In this document: one piece after another, positions 51,643 to 64,000 of the stretch
Numbering within the stretch: the stretch's first letter is position 1
Layout of the letters: every line of letters begins with the position of its first letter
NCBI GenBank assembly: GCA_951406725.2
Contig: OX597831.1
Location: forward strand, 3,534,001-3,598,000
DNA from: Octopus vulgaris
Taxonomy: Eukaryota
DNA length: 64,000 bases
Reading direction: 5' to 3'
Translations under genes and position numbers: made by a program
The notes under the pieces: generated by a model
Told to the model about the DNA's origin: nothing
Seen by the model: only the letters and a program-made list of their open reading frames with translations
The model's database searches: none

Positions 51643-52700
51643 TGTCAACATCATCATCATCATCATCATCATTGTCATTGCTATTGTCATCATCATCATC
51701 TTCTTCATTGTCATTATCATAGTCAACATCATCATCATCATCATCACCACCATCATCATCACCATCATCATCATTATCGTTATCATCATCATCGTCATCA
51801 TCATCGTCATCATCCTCCTCCTCCTCCTCATCATCATCATTGTCATTGCTATTTTCATCATCATCATCTTCTTCATTGTCATCATCATAGTCATCATCAT
51901 CATCATCATCATCATTATCATCATCATCATCATCACCATCCTCCTCCTCATCATCATTGTCATCGTTATCATCGTTATCAATGCTGTTGTCATTGTTATC
52001 ACTGCTGTCATTGTTGTCATTATCATTAACATCATTGTCGCTGTCGACATTCTCCTCAACATCCTAAAGCCCAAATTTTGACATGTATCCACACAAAAGT
52101 TCCAATTATCCAAATCATTAGCAATGCAACCAAATAATCATAATTGTCCATCTAGTGTTCGTTAGTTGCGTATCTTTAATTATGTCTCAATGATTTCAAA
52201 TTTTGGCACAAGGCCAGTAATTACAAGTTCAGTCAATTAGGTGCAGGAGTGGCTGTGTGGTAAGTAGCTTGCTTAACAACCACATGGTTCCGGGTTCAGT
52301 CCCATTGTGTGGCACCTTAGGCAAGTGTCTTCTACTATAGCCTCAGGCCGACCAAAGTCTTGTGAGTGGATTTGGTAGACAGTAACTGAAAGAAGCCTGT
52401 CGTGTATATGTGTATATATATTTGTGTGTGTATGTGTGTGTGTTTGTGTGTGTGTGTGTTTGTGTGTCTGCGTTTGTCCCCCTTGCCCAACATCGCTTGA
52501 CAACCGATGCTGGTGTGTTTACATCCCTGTAACTTAGTGGTTTGGCAAAAGAGACTGATAGAATAAGTACTAGGCTTACAAAGAATTAGTCCTGGGGTCA
52601 AAATCCTCGACTAAAGGCTCCAATGACTGAAATAAGTAAAAGAGTAAAGAGTAAAGAGTTAGCTGAATCACCAGCAATGCAACCAAATAATCGTAATCGT
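49653..52700 (+). repeat. Local duplication (~0.7 kb) containing a family A SINE
   Basis: 49653-50380 matches 52028-52700, including unique flanks on both sides of SINEs 49863-50336 and 52239-52659. Confidence 0.85.
50640..51020 (-). mobile_element. RTE-clade (Expander/Rex3-like) ORF C-terminal remnant
   Basis: GFL*RVSGVTL..RV...PLLLCIERSQ..YG..IRM..ER...TGRRSRGRPRIRWIDNI. Confidence 0.75.
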
Positions 52701-53496
52701 CCACCTGCTGCTCGTTAGTTGTGTATATTTAATTATGTCTCAATGATTTCAAATTTTAGCGCCAGGCCAGTAATTTCAGGCTAAGTCAGTTACAGTATTG
52801 ACACCGAAATTGCTGGCCTTGTGCCAAAATTTGAAACCTGTTATGGTTGAATGAGATGGGGAACAACAATGACTGTGGCCTTGAAAAGGGCCACAAAGAC
52901 TGGTCAGAGAAAAGGCAGAAGTAATCCTCAAACTAAAGCCCTGGTCTGAATACCTACAACAGAAGGGATTATGTTAACCCTTTAGCATTCAGATTAATCC
53001 ATCCCAGCCAGAAAGCTTTGAGGGTTCAAGGCTCCACCATTAGCCACAATGATACACTAAGTATTCATCATTGCGTCCTCCTCTCGAGTGTGTGCGTTAA
53101 AATGCCTCACTTGGGACGTGGGATCGAATGTGAACAAATGTGTCTAATTGCCTTAATTGTCTGGTTGGAGGGTTGTCACCTGAGTGGTGCAAAGGGGTCA
53201 TTCGCCAGGAATGGGGAATCACCAACAAATGGTTACAGTACATGCGGCCATACTACTACTACTACTACTACTACTACCATATCCACCACCACCATCACTA
53301 CCACCACCACTGCCACCACCACTACTGCCACCACCACCACCACCACCAATGCCACTACTACTACCACCACCACCACCACCACCACTGCCACCACTACACC
53401 TCCACTACCACCACCACTACCACCACCACCACCACCACTACTATTATCACTACCACAGCTACCAACACTACCACCACCACCACCACCACCACCATC

Positions 53497-53542
<46 letters not shown>

Positions 53543-54241
53543 AAACTACTACAATCACCACCACCACCACCACTACCACCACCACCACCACCACCACCAC
53601 CACCACTTATTGGTGTCTCACGAAGAATGATAAGCATGAAACTCAGTTTGGAAAAGAAACTCTTTATAAAACTTAAATTAACTCATAAAGCTGTGATATG
53701 CGTACATATATCAGCCCCATGCGTGTGAATGGCAAGGATGGATTTTTCTCACTGAAGAATAGGAGTAGGTTACCTGAAACCATGATAGAAGACACTTGTG
53801 TTGCAGTTGCTGTGTGAAGGGATTGAAACTGGAAACACATTGCTGCAAAGAGAATTTTTCTTTAACCATACGGCCTGCTATATGTCTTGTGGTTTGCATT
53901 GCAGAAAGTTCATTTGACCTCTCCAACAGGTTTGTGGTTTGTTCTGTTTATATGGTCAAAGAAAGTACTTTCTCTGCTCTCTTATTAAACTGGCAAGCAG
54001 AAGAAAATGGCGAGGTGGGGGGAAGAAATGCAAGCCCCAGCCCTCCAGCCCCCACCTCCCATTACTCATACACCCCGTGCATTCACTGTGATCAAAGCAG
54101 TGTGTAACGAAAATCAAGTAGTTACAGCTCTCGGTTAAGAGTATAAAAACAAGCAAGATATGAACTGAAGTTGGGATTGAAGGGGGCTAAGAGAACAAGC
54201 TTTGACTGATTTAGATGAGGCTGAGGAAGAAAAAGAAAGAG

Positions 54242-54282
<41 letters not shown>

Positions 54283-55024
54283 ATAAGGGTAGAAAGTTGT
54301 TAATTATAGCAATGAATTTTCACAATTTTTTCATTAACTTTCGTCAGAGGTTCAGCAAAAACCAAGACATGATAAAAAAAAAAAAGGAAGATAATTGAAG
54401 GAAAAAGTTTCCAATTTCATGCAGCTTAGCCAGAGAAAATTACTTTTCATAGCTTTACTAAGTTGTCATTAATTTTCTCTCTGCGAAAATAGAATTTTAA
54501 ATTTGCTTTTATCTAAGTTCATATGTAAATATTCTAATAATAGCATAAAACGTTTTCTTGACACCTTCAGCATTGATGTTTGCTCCAAAATTGCAATATA
54601 AGCGCACGGCAGACTTTTCAGTATTTGTAACGGTGTTGGAACAGATGAGGAGAAAGTGGCAAGCAATGTTTGATCAAAAAGTTCTCTGAATGAATTTATT
54701 CTACACAACCACGAACATATGGTAGCTTAATTTGATTTTCACTGAAGTGTTCCATTCTTTGTTAGATATTGGAATCGATTGATATTTTTCTTTATTTATT
54801 TATTTATTTTGTTCATTTTTCTTTTGGTCTTTTTTTTTCTTTTCTTTTTTTTTTTTTTAGCTCCTATCTATATTTTAGATGTTCGCTTGCACTCTGTAAC
54901 CATTCCTCTGTTGCTTTCATGTCGGATAGAGAAAATACCATTTAGTTCTAAATTTAGTGGAATGTTATACATGACCTCTGAATGAAGACAGGACAGAGAC
55001 GAGAGTGTGTGTGACAGAGAGAAA

Positions 55025-55091
<67 letters not shown>

Positions 55092-55504
55092 GTTATACTG
55101 CATTATTAAATTTAGAAGAAGGGCAAAGTTACTATAAATGACTAATTTACTAAAAATAATTATTCATCAAATTTGATGCTAGGTTTTTTTTTTTATTCAA
55201 TGGTAAAATATTGAAAAATGTGGCAGCTGTATGAGTTGTCGGCCAATAGATAGACAGACTGTCTGTTGGTCGAGAGGAGAGGAGAGTTGGGGTAGAATCT
55301 ATAACTTGGTCCATGGTTACAGAAATAGTTAACTCTTGCTCACACAGTCTACCTAGCCGCAAATAGGTATGAAGTGGAAATGAACATTGCGATGGAAGAC
55401 GGTGAGAACACAGTGTATGGAGTGAGACTTAGTATAGCATCAAATATACTGATATAGAACTAGTATCTCACTCTCTGTGTATATTTATGAAGAACAAAAA
55501 TACT

Positions 55505-55718
55505 GATTTCAAATTTTAGCACAAGGCCAGCAATTTCGTGGAAGGGGGTAAGTCAATTGCATTGATCCTAGTATTCAACTGGTGCTTATTTTATCGCCTT
55601 CAAAAGGATGAAAGGTAAAGTTGACTGCAGTGGGATTTGAACTCAGAATATGAAGGCAGATGAAATTTCTACTAAGCGTTCTGCGTGGCATGCTAACAAA
55701 CCTGCCAGCTTGCTGCTT
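55505..55718 (-). mobile_element. Family B-related SINE with alternative tail
   Basis: Nin-like core with an AAATTGCTGGCCTTGTGCTAAAATTTGAAA tail, also seen at ~49265-49295 and 61700-61730. Confidence 0.65.
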
Positions 55719-56019
55719 TCATAAATAACTAAAATATTAAGAAATTGTTATCTTCAAAACATATCTTAAAAAAACCGTGATGTCATTATGAGGTAATTCC
55801 TAAAAATGATCCCCTAAGTTTCCTCATTTTGTATTTCAAGCTTATACGAAATTTTCCTCACTTTCAAGCTATGTTTTCAAACGAGAGAATTCAACAGGGT
55901 ATTCCTCTAGACTAGGGGTTTCCTGTCACCAAGCAGTGAGTCAATACCTGACCTTGGAGCCATTTGTACTCGGCTACACAGAAAGAATAAATTTTCAAAT
56001 TTTATTGACCATTTTATTG

Positions 56020-56183
56020 TAGGCGTAGCAGTGGGTGTGTGGTAAGTAGTTTACTTACGAACCGCATGGTTCCGGGTTCAGTTCCACAGCGTGGCACCTT
56101 GGGCAAGTGTCTTCTATTATAGCCTCGTGCTGACCAAAGCCTTGTGAATGGATCTGGTTGATGGAAACTGAAAGAAGCCCTTC

Positions 56184-56241
<58 letters not shown>

Positions 56242-56468
56242 CTGTATATGTTTGTGTGTCTGTGTTTGTCCCCCCAACATCGCTTGACAACCGATGCTGG
56301 TGTGTTTACGTCCCCGTAACTTAGCGGTTCGGCAAAAGAGACAGATAGAATAAGAACTAGGTTTACAAAGAATAAGTCCTGTCGTCGATTTGCCCTGCTA
56401 AAAGCACTGCTCCAGCATGGCCACAGTCAAATGACTGAAACAAGTAAGAGTAAAAAAGAGTAAAAGAG
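56020..56468 (+). mobile_element. Family A SINE, full length
   Basis: Head, (TA)n, tail. Confidence 0.87.
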
Positions 56469-57095
56469 TATATATAGTAGAACGGCTGAGCAAGATAGAT
56501 GCACACAGCACAATTTTTCTGTTCTAAAAGAATTGTTTTGCCCTGTTGAAATATATCTCCTTCCCTCAGTGTCATCTAAATATTCTCAAGTTCTACAATG
56601 AAACCCATAACCGAATTTTAGAAAAGTGCCTTAATATTAAATTCTCAGAGAAAAATTGTTATCACAGTGGTCTTGGAATCAGGGCTATAACAGATGTCTC
56701 TTTGCTCATATTTTTGCCATCAGCATCAGCCACACATATTTCAGTTACCGATGTCATTCCAGACTACTAACCAAGAGAAGTTTGTGGTGTATGTACAAAT
56801 TGCCATTCTTTATGGTCAGAAAAATTGAGAAGCAGTTAAGCTTTCCCCCCATAAACCTCATCACAGATTCTGGTGGTTGCATAGCTTATACGTTGTTTGG
56901 ATAATTCAGCTCTGGCTGTCATTGGTTACATGTGCTCTGTTATATTAATTCTGTTCTGGTGAATGACAGCAAGAAAATGATATAACTCGCCTTCATGAAA
57001 ATCGCTTACTCCTCTGTCCAGGATGATTTGTTGGAGCTTTTTATGGGCAGAGGGTAGGCTCCAGCACAGATTCAGATTAGTTGTTTGAGAATGTA

Positions 57096-57507
57096 TTACT
57101 CTTACTCTTTTACTCTTTTACTTGTTTCAGTCATTTGACTGTGGCCATGCTGGAGCACCACCTTTAGTCGAGCAACTCGACCCCGGGACTTATTCTTTTG
57201 TAAGCCCAGTACTTATTCTATCGGTCTCTTTTGCTGAACCGCTAAGTAACGGGGGACATAAACACACCAGCATCGGTCGTCAAGCAATGCTAGGGGGACA
57301 AACACAGACACACAAACACACACATGCATATATATATATATACATATATACGACGGGCTTCTTTCAGTTTCCGTCTACGAAATCCACTCACAAGGCTTTG
57401 GTCGGCCCGAGGCTATAGTAGAAGACACTTGCCCAAGGTGCCACGCAGTGGGACTGAACCCGGAACCATGTGGTTGGTAAAGAAGCTACTTACCACACAG
57501 CCACTCC
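57096..57507 (-). mobile_element. Family A SINE, full length
   Basis: Reverse-complement copy. Confidence 0.88.
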
Positions 57508-58071
57508 TTGGATCCTTGATCAATATCCAGCACAATAGTCTACCAATCAAAGCATAGGATTCAACAAGTGTTCCAAACACACATGATGAGTCAGATGACC
57601 AATCATTACAGATTAACATAGTGAGCCTATTAGAGGCTAACTGACTTCAATATTCCATAATAGAAATTGGTCTTGCCACAGCCCTTCATCATTAAATAAC
57701 CTTCTTGGAACTACCATCTTCAAAGTTGAATTGATCCAAGCTCTTTGAAGTCACAGTAGAGCACTCGTTGGACAAGTTGAACACAATTCTGATTGTATAA
57801 GGAAAATGTGCACATATAATGTTAGCTAGGAGCATATATGTGAAGGTGCATCACCTAATAGGCTGTTGCACTTACAATCACAAGTTTGTGGTTTTGATTT
57901 CCAGGTGCATTGTATTCTTAAGCAAAACACTTCATTTCACATTGCTCCTGTGTACTTAACTGAATAACCCTGTGATGGCCTGGGATACTTTTGAGGAAGA
58001 AAGATGTGATCTCTGTCACTTACATGCTGCCCGGTGAGCATATGATTAGTTACTAGGAGAAAAAAAAGGTA

Positions 58072-58320
58072 AAGTTACCTTCTCAAGTCATGCTGACTAA
58101 TAAGGGCCATTTTTCTGGTTTCCGTGACATATAAATTCCCCATATGAACAGAGCCCCAGTTCATCGCAGGATTACTCATTTTTGCCAGCTGAGTGGACTG
58201 GAGCAACATGAAATGAAGTGTTTTGCTCAAGAACGCAATGCATCACCTGGTCCAGGAATTGAAACAACAGTCTTACAATCATGAGTCCAACACCCTAACC
58301 ACTAAGCCACGCACTTCCAC
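58072..58320 (-). mobile_element. tRNA SINE with family C CORE-like domain and a 43669-type tail
   Basis: Head TGGCTTAGTGG, core GTTCTTGAGCAAAACACTTCATTTCA, tail CCTGCGATGAACTGG..GAAACCAG..CCCTTAT..GAGAAGG. Confidence 0.7.
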
Positions 58321-58457
58321 ATGATTAGTGGCTGAGCTGGAGCAGACTGAAATAAATAGAGACGTTGGAGTTCAAAAGAGTAGAGTGAATGGATTTATTG
58401 TGTGTGAATACAACACAGACCGTAAGAAGTGTTGTTATTGTAGCCATTATTTAATCT

Positions 58458-58710
58458 CAAGATAAATGTATGACTGAGATAAATGTATGACAAGATAAAT
58501 GTATGACTGATATAAATGTATGACTGATATAAATTTATGACAAGATAAATGTATGACTGATATAAATTTATGACAAGATAAATGTATGACTGAGATAAAT
58601 GTATGACAAGATAAATGTATGACAAGATAAATGTATGACTGAGATAAATGTATGACTGAGATAAATGTATGACTGAGATAAATGTATGACAAGATAAATG
58701 TATGACTGAG
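58458..58710. repeat. 16/17-bp minisatellite
   Basis: About 15 units of GATAAATGTATGAC(TGA|AA). Confidence 0.92.
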
Positions 58711-59209
58711 CAGATGTATAATCAAAAACATTTTTGCATAACCATCCTATTTTTTTTAGACACAGTGTACCATAGATAACATTAACAAATGTCTCTTTCA
58801 GTTTCAAATGACAAAGCAATGAGATTTGAGGGAGTCTTGGTTGCTGTTTCTAGCACGTGTGTTAGCTGTTACTTAGTCCCAAATCAGTTTTGACATTTGT
58901 CCTTTACTGTTAATAATGCAGGGTTGTATTCAATGCAACCCCTGCTGTTTTTAAATGAGAGTGTGTAATTTGAGGGAGATTTGACTGCTGCTTCTTGCAA
59001 CCACATAGAATCTCCCTTGTTGGTTCATGGTATGATCCAGTAATGTGGAAGATGAGTCAGTGATCGGGAAAGAATGTTCGGTGTGTATGTTCTAGTGGGT
59101 GGCTGATGTGAATCTATTTGATATGAAGATGGGTTGAATGTGAACAGAGGAGAATGTGATGAAAAAATGAAATAGAAAAGAAAATGTATGGTTGATGTAT
59201 TGGTGAGAA

Positions 59210-59240
<31 letters not shown>

Positions 59241-60270
59241 TGAGTGGGGAGGGAGAGTGAGTGGGGAGGGAGAGTGAGTGGGGAGGGAGAGTGAGAGAAA
59301 GACAGAGAGAAAGAGGGAGAGGAAGTGGAAACAGTGAGAAAGGGAGTGAGAGAGAAGTGAAAGTGAGGGAGAGCAGAAGTTGAGAGAGAGAGAGAAAGAC
59401 AGGAATAGAGATATTTGAAGAGGGGGAGAGAGAGGGGAAGAAAGAGAGAAAAAGACGGAAAAGAAAGGAAAGAGAAAGAGAAGGAGAGATGTAGAAATAA
59501 GAGAGGGGAGACAGAGGAAGAAGTGGAAAAAGAAATACAGGGACAGAGAGAATTGGAGAGAGAGGGAGAGAGAGAGATAAAGGGAGAGAGAAAGAGAGAA
59601 AAAGAGAGAGAGAAAATAAAACAGAGAAATGGAAACAAGAGAGGGAGTACATAGGAAGAAGTGGAAAGAGAGAGACAGGAACAAAGAAAATTGGAGAGAG
59701 AGAGAGAGAGAGGGGGGAGAGGAAGAGAGAGAAAAGACAAGAAAGAAGTGAAAAGAGGGAGAAAGAAAGAGAGGAAGAAAAAGAAGTGGAAAGGGAGAGA
59801 GAGAGAAAGATAGGAAGAGAAAGAAGTGAAAGAGAGAGAGAGAGGAGAGAGATGTGAGAGAGACTGATGGGAAGGAAAAGAAAGAATAAGAAGAGGTAAT
59901 AAAAATAGGGAGAGAGAGATGAGGTGAGGATAGGGAGAGAATGGGGTGATAAAAAATGTAGAGAGACAGAAGGAAGGAGACAAAATGAGGAGGGAGAGAT
60001 AGAGAAAGATGGAGGGAGAGAGAGTGAGAGAGTGAGAAAGTGTGGGGTGGTAAAAATATATTTGTGGACAGTGAGGGTGGGGGGAGGAGAAAAAGGCAAA
60101 ATGCAGAGAGAAAAGGAGATAGATAGATAGATTAAGAGAGAGGGAGACAAGGAAAGAGAAAGAGAGAGAGAAAGTGTGGGGTGGTAAAAATATATTTGTG
60201 GACAGTGAGGGTGGTGGGGAAAGCAAAAGACAAAATACAGAGAGAAAAATGAAAAATGTAGAAGTGATAG

Positions 60271-60329
<59 letters not shown>

Positions 60330-60429
60330 GAGATAGATAGAGAGATAGATAGAGAGAGATATAGATAGATAGATAGATAGATAGACAGATAGACAGGTAG
60401 ATAGATAGGTAGATAGATAGAAAGAAATT

Positions 60430-60463
<34 letters not shown>

Positions 60464-61027
60464 GAGATAGATAGATAGATAGATAGATAGATAGGGAGAG
60501 AGAGACAGAGAGAGAGAGAGAGAGAAGAAGAAAGCGAAGGAGAGAGAGAGTGGGGAGAGGAAAAATTGAAATAGATACATGTAAGGCTGACAATTCCAGA
60601 ATAGAGGTGTAATGTGAATGGATAATCCATGCATGGATAAGTGACACAAAAAACTGAAAAAAACAAACAGCTATTATCGAGAACTTGGCACGATAGAAGT
60701 TGGTGGCGGTGGTGGTGGTGGTGGGTGGGTGGCGGGGTGGTAGGAAGGGTAGGAGGGGGAAGGGGTGACGAGGAGGCCCTGAGAAGGACTGATTGAACTG
60801 GAAAAGAGATAATAATGACAAAGAGCATCTCTTACAAAGATGGGCTGACGGGGGTGGGGGTGGGGGGAGATAGGAGAGGCAGGGTGGCATGCAGGGTGGT
60901 GGTAGGGGTTGGGGTGTGGGTTTGGGGAATGGGGGGTTGGAGTGCAGATATCACATGGAGCAATGTCAAGTCAGTTAGCCCTGACCAATTGTAGCTTGCA
61001 TTGATACTGCTGCTGCTGCTGCTATCA

Positions 61028-61072
<45 letters not shown>

Positions 61073-61168
61073 GATGAGGATGTAGCTGTTGCTGCTGCTG
61101 ATGATGGTGGTGGTTGCGGGGGGGGGGATGACGAGGATGATGATGAAGATGATGATGAAGATGATGAA

Positions 61169-61240
<72 letters not shown>

Positions 61241-61273
61241 GATGATGATGATGATGATGATGAAGATGATGAC

Positions 61274-61306
<33 letters not shown>

Positions 61307-61363
61307 GATGATGATGATGATGACGATGATGATGAAAATGATGATGATGATGAAGATGATGAC

Positions 61364-61396
<33 letters not shown>

Positions 61397-61762
61397 GATG
61401 ATGACGATGATGATAGCAGTGATGGTGCAGATAAGAATGATGAACACACAGGCACATTTCGACACATACTCACATGCGCACATACACATACGAACACACA
61501 TTAATATTTCCATTCAGATGAAGGTGGAAAGCTGGCAGAATTGTTAGCCCACCAGGCAAACCGCATAGCGGCATTTCATCCATCTTTATGTTCTGTATTA
61601 AAATTCCACCGAGGTCAACTTTGCCTTTCATCCTCTCAGGGTCTATAAAATAGTACCAGTTGGACACTGGGGTTGATGTAAATGACTTAACCCCTTCCCC
61701 AAAATTGCAGGCCTTGTGACAAAGCTTGAAATCAATATTTCTCTTACAATATTTACATTGGA

Positions 61763-62182
61763 CAGCAGCAAGCTGGCAGAAACGTTAGCACACCTGGTGA
61801 AATGCTTAGCGGTATTTTGTCTGCCGTTACGTTCTGAGTTCAAATTATGCCGAGGTCGACTTTGCCTTTCATCCTTTCGGGGTCAATAAATTAAGTACCA
61901 GTTACGCACTGGGGTCGATATAATCGACTTAATCCGTTTGTCTGTCCTTGTTTGTCTTCTCTGTATTTAACCCTTTGTGAGTAGTAAAGAAATAGGTATT
62001 TTGTCTGCTGTTACGTTCTGAGTTCAAATTCCACCGAGGTCGACTTTGCCTTTCATCCTTTCAGGGTCAATAAATTAAGTACCAGTTTTGCACTGGGGTT
62101 GATGTAATCGACTTCATCCCTTTGTCTGTCCTTGTTTGTCTCCCCTGTGTTTAGCCCCTTGTGGGTAATAAAGAAATAAGAA
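61763..62182 (+). mobile_element. Family B SINE dimer (184-bp unit)
   Basis: GGTATTTTGTCTG at 61811 and 61995. Confidence 0.9.
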
Positions 62183-62369
62183 ACATCATCAAAAACAACA
62201 ATAACATTTTTTTCTTCTATTAGGCGCAAGGCTTTAGAATTTTAGGGAAGGAGTTAATCAACTACATTTGAACCCCAAAAGAATGAAAGACAAAGCGGTG
62301 GAATCTATTTGCTCAGAACATAAAGAACCAGAAGAAAAGAATGCTGCTAAGCATTTTGTCCATGATAAT

Positions 62370-62602
62370 TTTTATTTCTTTATTGCCCACGAGGAGCTAT
62401 ACACAGAGGGGACAAACAAGGACAGACAAATGGATTAAGTCACTTACATTGACCCCAGTACATAACTTGTACTTATTTAGTTGACCCCCAGAAGAATGAA
62501 AGGCAAAGTCGACCTCGGTGGAATTTGAACTCAGAACGTAGCGGTAGATGAAATACCGCTAAGCATTTCGCCCGGCGTGCTAACGTTTCTGCCAGCTCGC
62601 CG
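62370..62602 (-). mobile_element. Family B SINE monomer
   Basis: Reverse-complement full copy. Confidence 0.85.
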
Positions 62603-63503
62603 TCTGATAATAATTCTGCTAGCTCCTTGCTTTTGACAGCAACAATAACAACAACAACGACTGGCAACATTGACAAAAACCGGCAACATTGACAGTGACC
62701 AGCAAAATTGACAATAGTGACAATAACAATGAGTGGATGCACAACAGGAAGAGGGTATTTTCAAGTTAAAGGAAAGATGGAGACACATTGTGCAACAAAA
62801 TGGTTCATATTTGGTTGATTAAAAATGTATTTATTGACCTTTTTCTTTCCTTTAAAAATTGGCACAAACTTTCTGGACAACCCAATATTTTATGAAAATA
62901 TTTAATTTTTAATTAAATATTTTGAGGAATTATATAAAAGAAAGCTGTTAAAATATTTTGTGTACTGTTGAGGTATAACCAATTTTTTACACATAACTTT
63001 TGACAACAAAATCTTACTTGGACCCCTCACCCACTCTCCAAGGGCCTTGTGAAACTTCAAGGACCTTATGGACCCAAGTTGAGAGGTACTAGTTTAGTTG
63101 AACAAATCAACCTGAGTACTTAATTCATTAAAAAGTCTGATATTATTTTATCAGTCTCTTTTGCTGGACCACTAAGTTAATATTATGGGGATGTAAAGCA
63201 ACTGACAGTGGTGGGGATGAGCAAACACACTCACACACACTCACACACACACACAAGCACACAAAGTTTACTGTACTCTTATTGGTGGGTTCAACGAAAA
63301 TATACTCCATCTAGTGAGAAATAAATATCATATACAAGATTTACATGCTTCTGATAAGCAAAATAACTTGCCTCTAATCATGAGGAATATAAAATCATAT
63401 ACACACATATACACACACGCTCTTATTATATATAAATATATATATATACATATATAGGTAAAAAAATTAAGGCGTATGTGCATTGCATAAATAATATTTT
63501 CAG

Positions 63504-63880
63504 GATTAAATTAAAAGAAGACAAGAAATGGAAAACATGACATACCTATATATATATATAATTCACAAAAACGTAAGGTAAATAAACAAACGAACATATA
63601 CTAAATACACAGGTGAACAGAAAACACAGAAGGTCAAAAAATCCTCATCAGTTTTTCGGTTGGCGGGGTCAAACACAATTTTGGCTATTATCGATAATGG
63701 CTGAAATTGTGTTTGACCCCCCAACTGAAAAACTGATGAGGATTTTTTGACCTTCTGTGTTTTCTGTTCACCTGTGTATTTAGTATATGTTCGTTTGTTT
63801 ATTTACCTTATGTTTTTGTGAATTATATATATATATAGGTATGTCATGTTTTCGATTTGTTGTCTCTTTTTTATTTAATC
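63504..63880. repeat. Spacer-less palindrome, ~188-bp arms
   Basis: Centre ATTATC|GATAAT at 63692/63693, arms near-perfect reverse complements, (TA)n nearby on both sides. Confidence 0.95.
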
Positions 63881-64000
63881 ATATATATATATATATATGC
63901 AGACACACATATATACACAAACACATATATGTATACATATATTCTCTAAGTTCGTTTATGGGAAACCTTTTTGAATATGCATATAAAAACTCCTATTTTA

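Noticed and set aside
51526-52029. His/Cys-rich ORF (metal-binding or beak-like protein)
   Set aside because: It is a degenerate (CAT)n repeat, with no evidence for coding.
58458-58710. Possible CRISPR-like array (also the 41335-41580 subrepeats)
   Set aside because: These are contiguous tandem units without unique spacers, in a eukaryotic context with no cas genes.
59092-60828. Longest ORFs in the track (578 aa, 511 aa), also 9376-10338
   Set aside because: They lie in (GA)n/(GATA)n low-complexity tracts that lack stop codons for compositional reasons.
61001-61504. Poly-Asp ORF resembling acidic shell-matrix proteins
   Set aside because: It is a (GAT)n microsatellite with no signal peptide or complex sequence, and (GAT/CAT)n arrays are ubiquitous here.
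63700-63745. GAAA...CTGATGAG as a permuted hammerhead
   Set aside because: Only 2-3-bp stems could be formed and there is no clear NUH site, so it is not called as a ribozyme.

Overview
This is an AT-rich, microsatellite-saturated metazoan window with no convincing host protein-coding exon, so it is probably a giant intron or intergenic DNA. The repeat content points to a coleoid cephalopod, most likely Octopus (inference from SINE/LINE family resemblance; no database was searched). Almost all ORFs in the supplied track are artefacts of (TA)n, (CA)n, (TAA)n, (CAT)n, (CCA)n and (GA)n repeats. The real content is a mobile-element graveyard: several tRNA-derived SINE families, LINE remnants of the CR1, RTE, R4/Dong and L1/Tx1 clades, Penelope-like elements (PLE) with GIY-YIG endonuclease remnants, decayed mariner/maT transposases, TTAA-type MITEs and a 5S rRNA pseudogene. 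The most striking signal is a set of (TA)n-embedded fold-back (inverted-repeat) units linked to PLEs that carry hammerhead ribozymes. One is a ~670-bp palindrome (4017-4690) with an intact hammerhead core on both strands, and at least four hammerhead families each have a different self-complementary stem-III loop. Also notable: a structured (TAA)n-targeting non-coding element with partial HDV-like topology, a SINE/LINE pair sharing a covarying 3' stem-loop, and SINE multimers with an identical 184-bp junction at three loci. Coordinates were counted by eye and may be off by a few bases.
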